Part shown: piece by piece, positions 20,793 to 31,749 of the stretch
How positions within the stretch are numbered: the first letter of the stretch is position 1
Layout of the letters: the number at the start of each line of letters is the position of its first letter
Assembly (NCBI GenBank): GCA_963751445.1
Contig: CAVVUL010000011.1
Location: 289,023 to 353,022, forward strand
Length of the DNA stretch: 64,000 bases
Reading direction: 5' to 3'
Source of the DNA: an uncultured Acidobacteriota bacterium
GTDB lineage: Bacteria > Acidobacteriota > Vicinamibacteria > Vicinamibacterales > SCN-69-37
Position numbers and translations under genes: made by a program
The notes under the pieces: generated by a model
Told to the model about the DNA's origin: nothing
The model's database searches: none
Seen by the model: the letters and a program-made list of their open reading frames with translations, nothing else

Positions 20793-21679
20793 CCCCACAG
20801 CGACCGCGGATACACGCCGCGCGCGGTGAGATCGACCAGGCCGGACATGACTTCGGCCTTGTCCTCCTGATAGGTCAGGCCGAACCACGGCCCGGGCGCT
20901 TCCTGGGCGCGAACTTGGAGCGTGCCTTCCGCGATCAGTTCGTTGATGACCTCGGGTAACAGGAATTCGGTGTCGGGCGACCCGGCACCGTCCCGCAGAA
21001 ACGCCTCGAACTTCGTCCCCAACAGCGAGAACAGCGACGGCGGGAAGACCCAGAAGTTCATGGACACGAGCTCGCTGCCGTCGAAGCTGACGGACGCGTG
21101 CCGCCCGGCCGCCACGAGGCGCTCGCCCTCTCGCGCGATGCCCATCACTTCCTCGAGGCGCGTGACACGTCCGTCGCGCGCCTGACACCACCCGCGCTTC
21201 ACGGGGCCGTACGGCGACAGCGTGCGATCGAGCCGCATCGCGACGACGCTGGCGACGCCGCGCGCGCCCGCCAGATCCGCGGCCTCGGCGCCCAGTCGAT
21301 ACGCCTCCGCACCGTAGAAATCATCCGCGTTCATCACGGCAAACGGCGTCTGCACGACGTCGCGCACCGTGAGCACGGCCTGGCCTGTCCCCCAGGGCTT
21401 CGTGCGGCCCGCCGCCGAGAATCCCGCGGGAATGTCGTCGAGCCGCTGGACGATCCAGGTCGTCTCGATCGCGCGTCCGACCCGGGCCGCCAATTGCCTG
21501 AACTCCGGTTCCAACTCCGCCCGGATGATGCAGACCGCGCGGTCAAACCCCGCGCGCTTCGCGTCGAACAGCGCGTACTCCAGCAGCCATTCGCCCTGCG
21601 GCCCGACGGGCGTCGTCTGCTTCGGCCCGCCGAAGCGCGACCCCGCGCCGGCGGCCATGATCACCAGTGTCTTCGACAT
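20789..21679 (-). CDS. Sugar-phosphate nucleotidyltransferase family protein
   Basis: Start MSKTLVIMAAGAGSRFGGPKQ (G-rich NTP-binding loop of NTP_transferase enzymes), ..KPWGTGQAVL..VMNADDFYG... Intact at 296 aa; substrate unknown. Confidence 0.7.
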   Translation of the reverse strand: MSKTLVIMAAGAGSRFGGPKQTTPVGPQGEWLLEYALFDAKRAGFDRAVCIIRAELEPEFRQLAARVGRAIETTWIVQRLDDIPAGFSAAGRTKPWGTGQAVLTVRDVVQTPFAVMNADDFYGAEAYRLGAEAADLAGARGVASVVAMRLDRTLSPYGPVKRGWCQARDGRVTRLEEVMGIAREGERLVAAGRHASVSFDGSELVSMNFWVFPPSLFSLLGTKFEAFLRDGAGSPDTEFLLPEVINELIAEGTLQVRAQEAPGPWFGLTYQEDKAEVMSGLVDLTARGVYPRSLWG

Positions 21680-21702
21680 CGTGTGATTGTAGGGGACGGG
21701 TC

Positions 21703-23913
<2,211 letters not shown>

Positions 23914-23976
23914 GAGACCCGATTCTCATGGGGCTGATCCTACCGTGGAGTCAGCGGAGGGTGACGAGTTCATGGG

Positions 23977-24131
23977 GTGTCAGTTCACACGGAGGGCACG
24001 GAGGGACGGAGGCACGGAGAGTTACTTGGGGGGCTCCTGATTGGCGCCAGCTTGTCAGGAGCAGCGGGCTGGCCATTCCCAAATGAACTTTCCGCGCCTC
24101 CGTTACTCCGTGCCTCCGTGCGAACTGACAC
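23977..24131. repeat. Inverted pair of CACGGAGG-octamer arrays flanking a ~68-nt spacer that contains its own 8-bp-stem hairpin
   Basis: The left arm is 23977-24025, GTGTCAGTTCACACGGAGGGCACGGAGGGACGGAGGCACGGAGAGTTAC. The right arm is 24094-24131; its reverse complement reads GTGTCAGTTCGCACGGAGGCACGGAGTAACGGAGGCGC. The inner hairpin is GCTCCTGA..TCAGGAGC. Confidence 0.8.
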
Positions 24132-24137
24132 TCCCGT

Positions 24138-25512
24138 TCACGCGTAGAGCCGCAGGTGGCTGACATCCCCGCCCACGGTGTCGAGCCGAATTCCGGCGAT
24201 CTTCAGCGGCGTGAATCGCTCGAGACGTGCGTAGCCCACCGTCGAGCCTCGGGCCAGTTCCGTGGTGAAGTGCAGGTCCTCTGCGGTGGCCGCCGACAGC
24301 ACCCAACTCGAGATTCGCTGTCCTTGCTCGATGTCCTCTTCCAGCCGCACGATTCCGGCCGTCACCTCGCGACCCGTGCCAAGCCAGATCGTCTTCTGGT
24401 TGCCGCCGGACACGCTGTCCCCCGTGGCATCCCGCATCAGGTCCTCCGCGAACATCGCCCGCCGCCGCTCCGCGAACCCCATCAGCCGCTCGACGTCCGT
24501 CGGATGCAGCACGCCATCTTTGGTGGGCGGCACATTTAGCAGCAGCTTCGCGTTGCGGCCGACCGAATCGGAAGTACAGATTCACCAGCGCCTCGACCGT
24601 CCGCACGCGCCCATCGTCCGCCGGGTGATAGAACCAGCCGGGGCGAATCGACGTGTCGCACTCGGCGGGCCGCCAGACCGAACCGTTCGGATCGCCGTGC
24701 TGCAGCGAATCGATGATGCCGGGCCCGCTCACGCCCGGCACGCGGACGATGTCGGGATTGACCGTGGACCAGTTGGGATCGCCGGCCGAGCCGGTCTCGT
24801 TGCCGCACCAGCGCACGTCCGGCCCGGCGTCCGAGAACATCACCGCGCGCGGCTGCATCCGCCGCACTTCGCCCCACACCCGCGGCCAGTCGTATTCCTG
24901 CTTCTTGCCGTTCGGCCCCTCGCCGTTCGCGCCGTCGAACCACACTTCGTGGATCTCGCCGTAGTTGGTCAGCAACTCCCGAAGCTGGTCGACGTAGAGA
25001 TCGTTGTAGCGCGGCGAGTCGCCGTACAACGGATTGTTGCGGTCCCACGGCGAGAGATACAGGCCCGGCTTCAGGCCCTCGGCGCGGCACGCGTCGACGA
25101 ACTCCTTCACGAGGTCGCCCCGGCCTCCCCGCCATGGGCTCGACGCCACGCTGTGTTTCGTCGTCCGGCTCGGCCACAGGCAGAAGCCGTCGTGGTGCTT
25201 GGCGGTGAGAATCATCGCGCGGAAGCCGGCGGCCTTCGCGGTCCGCGCCCACTCGCGCGCGTCGAGCTTCGCCGGCGCGAAGATCGCGGGATCCTCCTTG
25301 CCGTCGCCCCACTCGCGATCGGTGAACGTGTTGACGCCGAAGTGCAGGAACATGGCCAGCTCGTCGCGCTGCCACTCGAGTTGCGACGGCGTCGGGCGCG
25401 GGCGATCGGCCTGGGCGGGGCTCACCCCCGCAGTCGCGCCCTGCCTGGCGCGCAGAAACGGCGTGCCGGCCAGGGCGGCAGCGCCGGTCACGAGAAAGGT
25501 CCGTCGGTCCAT
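24138..25512 (-). pseudogene. GH29 alpha-L-fucosidase with Tat-type signal, one frameshift near ~24550
   Basis: ORF 24103..25512: MDRRTFLVTGAAALAG.., ..FGVNTFTDREWG..ILTAKHHDGFCLWPS..EVWFDGANGEG.. through ..VNLYFR. ORF 24138..24533 continues with (LL)NVPPTKDGVLHPTDVERL.. and a C-terminal beta-domain. Confidence 0.85.
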
Positions 25513-25558
25513 GGGCCAGAGTATCGCTCAGTCGCACCGACCGGGTATCATCGAAATC

Positions 25559-26086
25559 ATGAAGAAACTGCTGTCGCTCGCCGCCGTCATGCTCGCCATT
25601 TCGGCCACCCTGTTCGCGCAGGCCAAGAAGGAGACGCTCGAAGGCGTCCGGAACTTCACGGTCGTGGACGCCACGATCGGCTGCGCCGGCGCCACCGAAG
25701 TCACGGCCATCCCGGCCATCGCGGCCAAAGGCTACAAGGCCATCGTCAACCTGCGCCTCGAGACCGAGGCGGGCGCCGCCATCCCCGAGTCGCGCGCGGC
25801 CGCCGAGAAGGCCGGCATCAAGTTCATCCACCTGCCGTTCAACGCCACCGCGCCGGACATGGCGGTGGCCGACGCGTTCATCAAGGCCGTGACCGACCCG
25901 GCGAACCAGCCGGTCTTCATCCATTGCGCCAGCGCCAATCGCGCGGCGGCACTCTGGATGACCAAGCGCCTGCTGGTGGACAAGTGGGACGATGCGAAGG
26001 CGCTCGAAGAGGCCAGGTTGATCGGCCTGACCAACGCCGGGCTCGAGAAGTTCGCGATGGATTACGTCGCGGCGCGGCGGAAGTAG
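25559..26086 (+). CDS. Secreted protein-tyrosine/dual-specificity-phosphatase-like protein (CX5R motif)
   Basis: MKKLLSLAAVMLAISATLFAQA signal; an IHCASANRAAALW motif fits HCxxxxxR. The DUF442-like fold is an assignment from memory. Start ATG 25559, within ORF 25034..26086. Confidence 0.6.
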   Translation: MKKLLSLAAVMLAISATLFAQAKKETLEGVRNFTVVDATIGCAGATEVTAIPAIAAKGYKAIVNLRLETEAGAAIPESRAAAEKAGIKFIHLPFNATAPDMAVADAFIKAVTDPANQPVFIHCASANRAAALWMTKRLLVDKWDDAKALEEARLIGLTNAGLEKFAMDYVAARRK

Positions 26087-26089
26087 GGG

Positions 26090-26455
26090 CTACACGCTGG
26101 CGGCGACGGCCGATTCGATGTAGGCCTCTGCGGCGGCCAGGCTGTCGAACACGCGCATCGTCACCCACGCACTCGCGAGCGAGGCGAACAGACGCGCCGT
26201 GCCAAAGGACACGAGATTACTGCGGTCCACGACGATGGCCCGGGGCGCCATGGGGGCGTCGGCGAGGAGCGACCGCCCGTGTTCCGCGAGCTTCTGCAGG
26301 TCGCGCGCACCAAACCTCGGCGTGGCCCCACGGGTGTCGATCACTTCGTGGTATCGCTGGCCTCGCATCTCGCGAACGGCGTCGAGGTGCTGCCGGATAT
26401 CATCGGCCGTGACTTCGCCCTGGACCCTGGTCCAGAGCACACCGAATCGAGTCAT
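26090..26455 (-). CDS. Hypothetical 121-aa protein (possibly STAS/SpoIIAA-like fold)
   Basis: Intact ORF with balanced, non-shadow composition (MTRFGVLWTRVQGEVTADDIRQHLDAVREMRGQRYHEVIDTRG..). I see no diagnostic motif. Confidence 0.45.
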   Translation of the reverse strand: MTRFGVLWTRVQGEVTADDIRQHLDAVREMRGQRYHEVIDTRGATPRFGARDLQKLAEHGRSLLADAPMAPRAIVVDRSNLVSFGTARLFASLASAWVTMRVFDSLAAAEAYIESAVAASV

Positions 26456-26576
26456 CGAGGCGTCGGACTATTGCCATATGGGCCTGCGACGTCAGTCTAT
26501 CAACAGGTTCCGGCGCCCCCAAGGGGTGCCGGCGGAGCCGAAGGCGGGCTCGTGGCCGTGACGCTGGCGGGGCTGC

Positions 26577-26582
26577 TATAAT
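26577..26582 (+). promoter_or_regulatory. Candidate -10 box (TATAAT) for the tRNA-Leu gene
   Basis: A perfect TATAAT sits 47 nt upstream of the tRNA 5' end in otherwise very GC-rich DNA. I could not see a convincing -35 hexamer. Confidence 0.35.
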
Positions 26583-26628
26583 GCGGGGTTCCTGGTCGTA
26601 GCGGGCGGTCATTCGTCCGGCGTGACGT

Positions 26629-26715
26629 GCGGAAGTGGCGGAATTGGCAGACGCGCAAGCCTCAGGAGCTTGTGGCCGCAAGGTCGTGGAGGTTCGAGTC
26701 CTCTCTTCCGCACCA
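26629..26715 (+). tRNA. tRNA-Leu (anticodon CAG), class II with long variable arm, CCA encoded
   Basis: Folded manually: acceptor GCGGAAG/CTTCCGC, anticodon stem CAAGC/GCTTG with loop CTCAGGA, variable arm TGGCCGCAAGGTCGT, T-arm GGAGG-TTCGAGT-CCTCT, then ACCA. Confidence 0.95.
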
Positions 26716-26727
26716 ATACTGATCCGG

Positions 26728-27134
26728 GGGCGTTGCCCCCGGACCCCCGGCTCGCTCTCTCGCGCGATTCGCCTCTCGGAAAATGCCCTCAGGCAAATCG
26801 CGGCTCGATTCGCGAGGCCTCGCGTCGCGTCGCTCGCTCGGCACGGACGGTTCGGGCGTTGCCCCCGGACCCCCGGCTCGCTCTCTCGCGCGATTCGCCT
26901 CTCGGAAAATGCCCTCAGGCAAATCGCGGCTCGATTCGCGAGGCCTCGCGTCGCGTCGCTCGCTCGGCACGGACGGTTCGGGCGTTGCCCCCGGACCCCC
27001 GGCTCGCTCTCTCGCGCGATTCGCCTCTCGGAAAATGCCCTCAGGCAAATCGCGGCTCGATTCGCGAGGCCTCGCGTCGCGTCGCTCGCTCGGCACGGAC
27101 GGTTCGGGCGTTGCCCCCGGACCCCCGGCTCGCT
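26728..27134. repeat. Tandem repeat: 126-bp unit, three identical copies plus a 26-nt partial fourth
   Basis: The unit string CGTTGCCCCCGGACCCCCGGCTCGCTCTCTCGCGCGATTCGCC... starts at 26731, 26857, 26983 and 27109 (truncated). I found no mismatch between the three full copies. Confidence 0.95.
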
Positions 27135-27667
27135 TGCCCGCCGAAGCGCATCCAGCGCGAAGGCGGGCTCACTCGCGCAACCCGCCTCCCGTCACCAGCG
27201 CCCAGGCAGGTTGCGCTCCGTTCGCGGGGGCGCCCGGCGCTTCGCGCGGCTCGCGGCCGCGGCACCTCCAGCATGACCGTCCCGGACTTGTCGTGGTTAT
27301 GGGGCGGGTTCCAGAGCGCCACGCGGATCTTGACCTCGGCGTGGCCATCGGCCCTCATTTTGGCGGCGAATTCCAAGCCGGGTTCTGTCGTCTTCTTCCC
27401 GCGATCGACGTCACCCTTCAACGACACGCCGTCACAGGTGAACGTCGAAAGCTGGCGATGCTCATCCAGGGTGAACCACTCGCCGTTCCGAAATGACGAC
27501 GGGTCGAGCGCGGGGAATTTCGCGGTCAGGACCATCGGCGACGTGAAGGCCGTGTCACCGACCGGGCCATCTTTGACGCTCTGTTGCGCGTGCTGGGCCG
27601 GTATGACGGCCCCCGTGAGCACCGCACCCAACAGCAGCGACACGCCGATCGCCGACGCATTCAACAT
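27041..27667 (-). CDS. Hypothetical small secreted protein; 3' end uncertain (ORF runs into the 126-bp array)
   Basis: MLNASAIGVSLLLGAVLTGAVIPAQHAQQ is signal-like. It is followed by a ~115-aa balanced domain (..FRNGEWFTLDEHRQLSTFTCDGVSLKGD..HAEVKIRVALWNPPHNHDKSGTVMLEV). After that comes an Arg-rich tail encoded by 27041-27270, which looks non-native. Confidence 0.45.
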   Translation of the reverse strand: MLNASAIGVSLLLGAVLTGAVIPAQHAQQSVKDGPVGDTAFTSPMVLTAKFPALDPSSFRNGEWFTLDEHRQLSTFTCDGVSLKGDVDRGKKTTEPGLEFAAKMRADGHAEVKIRVALWNPPHNHDKSGTVMLEVPRPRAARSAGRPRERSATCLGAGDGRRVARVSPPSRWMRFGGQASRGSGGNARTVRAERATRREASRIEPRFA

Positions 27668-27695
27668 GTCGCCCCCTCGCTGCTCGCGCCAGCCG

Positions 27696-28121
27696 TCACT
27701 TGCCAGAACCGCCCAACAGGTTCACGTCTCCTAAATCCGCGCCCGTGTAATACGAGATCGCCAGAAGGCCGACCGCCATGCCGACGAGCGCGAGTACGGC
27801 CAAGGTCTTCGTGCCCCACCCAACCGAGTTCCGCCGGGGTGGCTGCGCGGACACTGCGCGCGCCCCGCGGGCCGCCGCCGTGCTCTGACGAAGCAGATCG
27901 CCGCGAGGCGGTTCCTTCGTCACAGGCACCGGGGCGCTACCGTCCCGCGGCCCCTGGACGAGCTTGGCAAACGCGACGGGACTGAGAAGGGCCGGGCGGG
28001 TGGGTTGGTCACGAGGCGGAGCGGCCTCGGGTGACTGCGCCGCCGCGGTGGGCGCGGCGAATAGGGTGAAGGCGACCGATAACGCCGCGAGTCGCCGCAG
28101 GGGCCCGAAAATGCGTGCCAT
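27696..28121 (-). CDS. Hypothetical protein with N-terminal signal and C-terminal TM anchor
   Basis: MARIFGPLRRLAALSVAFTLFAAPTAAAQS.., then a Pro/Arg-rich middle and TLAVLALVGMAVGLLAISYY near the C-terminus. No recognisable domain. Confidence 0.45.
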   Translation of the reverse strand: MARIFGPLRRLAALSVAFTLFAAPTAAAQSPEAAPPRDQPTRPALLSPVAFAKLVQGPRDGSAPVPVTKEPPRGDLLRQSTAAARGARAVSAQPPRRNSVGWGTKTLAVLALVGMAVGLLAISYYTGADLGDVNLLGGSGK

Positions 28122-28355
28122 AGTGACCTCCGCTGTCTAATGCGACAGGTCGGACACCTGCGGCTCAGGGCGACCCGCCGTCGCCAGCGCTACTTCCCCC
28201 CACCAGCGTCTTCGCGATACCTGGCCACGTCCGACGCCCCAGCGCACCTGATCCGCCCGCCTCGATGGAGTGACGATCGGGCACGGAACCACGACTTTGA
28301 TGCCACCCGATGGCTGATCCGGGCGCATAATGCGCCATCGCCTGAAGGAGGCCTC

Positions 28356-30527
28356 ATGCGGCGTTCCGTGCTTCGTCTGTCGTTGGTGATCGCGGTGCTC
28401 TTCGGCGTCTCTGTTCAGACACAGGTCGCCCCCCCTCAGGGCCAGAGTGCCGCTGCCAGCCTGTTCGTGGGGCGCTGGCAAATCGACATCCGGCCACCGG
28501 CGGGTCAGACCGGGGGCCTCCAGGTCATTCCGTTCTGCATCGTGGAAATCAGCGGCGGGCCCGCCCTGTCGGCCAAGATCATCGCGGCCATGGCCGGCGC
28601 GCCGGCGGACGCCGTGACCGTCGCGAGCATCGCGGTCAAAGACGACCAACTGACCCTGGCGCTCTCCTTCATGGGCCGGCAGACGATCACGTTCATCGGC
28701 AAGCGGGCGGGCGATCACCTCGAAGGCACGGCCGCGGCCGACACCGACCCGACGCCGGCGTCGTGGACGGGCACGGCGACGACGACAGACAAGATGCCCT
28801 CGGCCGGCGAAACCGTGGCAGCCGCACAGGCCGCGCAACCGGCAGACCAGAAGGCGTACACCGCGGCCGTCGGCAAGCCGTCAGCCGCAGACCGCGCCGC
28901 GGCGTTCAAGCAGTTCCTGACGGATTTCCCGGACTCGACGTTGAAGGAACAGGCCACGATGCAGTTGGCGCAGAGCCTGCCGACGCCCGCCGAGAAGGCC
29001 GCCGCGCTGAACGCGTTCCTCAAGGACTTCCCCACCTCGCGGCTCCGCGAGCAGGCGGAGTACCAGCTCACGGCGACCCGCACGAATGCCGCCGAGCGAC
29101 AGCAGGCCGAAGACGCGTTCCTCACAGACCATCCGAAGAGCCCGTACGCCAGCACCATCTACGGCCGCCGGTTCGACACGTTGGTGAACCAGAAGCCGGC
29201 GGACACGGCCAAGCTCACCTCGGTGATCGACGGCATGATCGCGGCCAGCCCGGCCTCGGGGGCGGGACGCGCCGCCACGATGAATACGATCGCGGATCGC
29301 CTGATGGCGAAAGATCTGCTGCTGGATCGAGCGCTCGACGCGATCCAGCAGGGCCTGGCCGCCGCCGGCGACAAGACGCCGCCCGCCAGCCTCGCGATCT
29401 ACACGACGACGCTCGGCCAGGTGCTCTTCAAGCTGAAGCGCTACGACGAGGCGGGTGACGCGCTCAAGAAGGCCCTGACGCTGGCAGGCGGGGACGGCGA
29501 CGGCGAACTGCATCTGTTCCTCGGCAAATACTACGAAGTGAAGAACGACGAAACGGCCGCGCTCGACGCGTATCTCAAGGCCTATCAGATGGGCTCGCCG
29601 TACGACACGAAAGCGCTGCTCGACCGCCTCTACACCAAGAAGTACGGCAGCACCGCGAGCCTCGAGGCCAAGCTCGATGAGATCTATCGCGCCAAACCCA
29701 AGGCGTTCGATCCCGGTCACTTCGCGCGCACGCCGCCGCCGGCCGCCGGCACGCCCGCACGCACGGTCCTCGCCGAACTGTTCACCGGCGCCGAGTGCGC
29801 GCCGTGCGTCGCGGCGGACCTGGCGTTCGACGGCTTCAGCGAGCGGTACGAACCGGGCGCCGTCGCCGTGCTCGTGTATCACTTGCACATTCCCGGCCCG
29901 GATCCGATGACCAATGCGGACACGGAGGCGCGCGGGAAGTACTACGGCGTCAACGGCACGCCGACCACGGTGATTGACGGCGCCGCGCTCTCGTCGGGCG
30001 GCGGGTCAGCGTCCGCCGCGGGCGCCCGCTTCAAGGAATACACGGGCAAGATCGAGAGCCGCTTCGACACGAAGCCGCTCGCGGTGTTGTCGGGCTTTTC
30101 GTCCAAGGTGAATGGCCGGAAGATCGCCATCACCGGCGAGGCGTCGCTCACCGCCGATGCCGCCGACCGCGCCGGCCACGCCACGCTGCACGTGGCGCTT
30201 GTCGAGGACTCCGTGCGCTACGTCGGGTCCAACGGCATTCGCTTCCACAACTTCGTCGTCCGCAAGCTGGTCGGGTCATCCCAGGGCGTCGTCCTGGAGG
30301 CCGGCAAGAAGGTCTCGGTGTCCGAGACGGTCGACACGGCCGCCCTGGCCAGGAGCCTCGATGGGTATCTGACGTCGTTCGAGGAGAAGCAAAGCAAGTC
30401 GGTGCGCGGCCCGTTCACGTTCAAGGACCGCGTCACCGGCGTGCAGGCCGGCACGTTGCTCGTCATCGCCTTCGTGCAGGACGATCGGACGAAGGAGATC
30501 CTGCAGGCGGCGATCGTCGTGAAGTAG
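28356..30527 (+). CDS. Secreted TPR-like repeat protein with C-terminal thioredoxin-like CxxC domain
   Basis: An RBS GAAGGAGG lies 5 nt before ATG 28356. Signal MRRSVLRLSLVIAVLFGVSVQTQ. Repeated FLxDFPxS..xxQA helical motifs (FKQFLTDFPDSTLKEQA, LNAFLKDFPTSRLREQA, EDAFLTDHPKSPYAS) and TPR-like helices follow. The C-terminal LAELFTGAECAPCVAADLAF.. is reminiscent of DUF1223/thioredoxin-like proteins (from memory). Confidence 0.7.
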   Translation: MRRSVLRLSLVIAVLFGVSVQTQVAPPQGQSAAASLFVGRWQIDIRPPAGQTGGLQVIPFCIVEISGGPALSAKIIAAMAGAPADAVTVASIAVKDDQLTLALSFMGRQTITFIGKRAGDHLEGTAAADTDPTPASWTGTATTTDKMPSAGETVAAAQAAQPADQKAYTAAVGKPSAADRAAAFKQFLTDFPDSTLKEQATMQLAQSLPTPAEKAAALNAFLKDFPTSRLREQAEYQLTATRTNAAERQQAEDAFLTDHPKSPYASTIYGRRFDTLVNQKPADTAKLTSVIDGMIAASPASGAGRAATMNTIADRLMAKDLLLDRALDAIQQGLAAAGDKTPPASLAIYTTTLGQVLFKLKRYDEAGDALKKALTLAGGDGDGELHLFLGKYYEVKNDETAALDAYLKAYQMGSPYDTKALLDRLYTKKYGSTASLEAKLDEIYRAKPKAFDPGHFARTPPPAAGTPARTVLAELFTGAECAPCVAADLAFDGFSERYEPGAVAVLVYHLHIPGPDPMTNADTEARGKYYGVNGTPTTVIDGAALSSGGGSASAAGARFKEYTGKIESRFDTKPLAVLSGFSSKVNGRKIAITGEASLTADAADRAGHATLHVALVEDSVRYVGSNGIRFHNFVVRKLVGSSQGVVLEAGKKVSVSETVDTAALARSLDGYLTSFEEKQSKSVRGPFTFKDRVTGVQAGTLLVIAFVQDDRTKEILQAAIVVK

Positions 30528-30695
30528 CGCGCCAGGCGCGCGACTTCGCTCTCGTCAGGTCGGCGATGGCGCTCATCGTGTGGCCGTCCTGCTCGGCTTT
30601 CGCGGTGCCCTTGACGGGCGACAGCAACACGAGCAGGACGACGACGCGCGGAGCTTCTTTGAGGGGACGGCGTGCACGCGGGCCGAAAACCCAAG

Positions 30696-30736
30696 AACTC
30701 CGTGCCTCCGTCCCTCCGTGCCTCCGTGTGAACCGA
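30696..30736. repeat. Third, solitary copy of the CACGGAGG-octamer element (inverted orientation)
   Basis: The reverse complement reads GTCGGTTCACACGGAGGCACGGAGGGACGGAGGCACGGAGTT. This is nearly identical to 23983-24024. It lies 13 nt from the DHOD-like stop. Confidence 0.8.
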
Positions 30737-30748
30737 CGGATCCGGCGG

Positions 30749-31749
30749 CTACGCGCGCGCCTTCCAGGTCTGCAGGACCTTCATGTAGTTGCCGCGCTCG
30801 AACGCCTCGGGGTCCGGGCAGCGCAGCAGGCTCATGCTGCCGCGGGCCTGCTCGAGCGACAGGTATTCGCGCTCGTCCAGCCAGCGGGCCATGTCATCGC
30901 GGACCCGGTTGAGATGCGCGCGCCCCTGCCCGAGGAGCGCGGACACCATCTGCACCGCGTGGGCGCCGGCCATCACGGCCTTCACGGCATCGACCGCGGT
31001 GTGGACGCCGCCGGTCGCGGCCAGCGACGCCTGGACGCGTCCCGAGAGGATCGCGAGCCAGCGGAGCCGAAGCAGCAACTCGCTCGAGTCCGACAGGTGC
31101 AACTGGGGCACCGCGACGAGCGCCTCCGGATCGATGTCGGGCTGGTAGAAGCGATTGAACAGCACCAGTCCGTCCGCGCCGGCATCGTCCAGGTGCAGCG
31201 CCAGGTTCGCCACGGACGAGAAGTAGGGCGAAATCTTGACGGCCACCGGAATGCTGACGTGGGTCCGGACGGCGCGGACCACGTCGAGGAGACGCTGCTC
31301 GACGGCGGCGCCACTCTCGGACGGATCGGTCGCGACGTGGTACAGGTTCAATTCGAGCGCGTCGGCGCCGGCGTCCTGGATCAGCCGCGCGTAGCGAAGC
31401 CAGCCTTCCGCGGATGTGCCGTTCAGCGACCCGATGACCGGCACCTTCACCGCGTCGCTCACGCGGCGCACGTGTTCCAGGTACCGCGCCGGCCCCATGA
31501 CGTAGTCATCGGCCAGCGGAAAGTAGGACAGCGCTTCGGCGTGCGCCTCTTCGTGGGCACGCATGTGATGCTCGCTGCCGATTTCGTCTGCCGAGATCTG
31601 CTCCTCGAAGAGCGACGGGAGCACGATCGCGGCGGCCCCGGCGTCCTCCAGATGCCGGGCGCCGTCGAAGTCCGCCGACAACGGCGACGCGCCCGCCACC
31701 AGCGGGTGCGGCAGCTTGAAGCCCAGGTAGGTCGTGGACAGGTCGATCA

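Noticed and set aside
26728-27134. The 126-bp array as a CRISPR locus
   Set aside because: The units are directly abutting and identical with no unique spacers. The unit length is far beyond CRISPR repeats, and there are no cas genes in the window.
26635-27496. ORFs 26635..27276, 26783..27496 and 26662..27096 as repeat-containing proteins (42-aa repeats)
   Set aside because: The first starts inside the tRNA gene. All frames on both strands are open across the array, and the peptides are low-complexity R/S/A/G/P sequences. There is no RBS or plausible start context.
26456-28355. Integrase, prophage or integrative element at the tRNA-Leu 3' flank
   Set aside because: There is no tyrosine or serine recombinase ORF. 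I could find no direct repeat of the tRNA 3' end, and there are no phage or conjugation genes within the window.
30528-30695. Possible small minus-strand gene with a signal-peptide-like stretch (..KKLRA/VVVLLVLLSPVKGTAKAEQDGHTMSAIADL..)
   Set aside because: It can only be reconstructed with an assumed frameshift, has no clear start or stop, and runs antisense into the TPR gene end. That is too weak to call.
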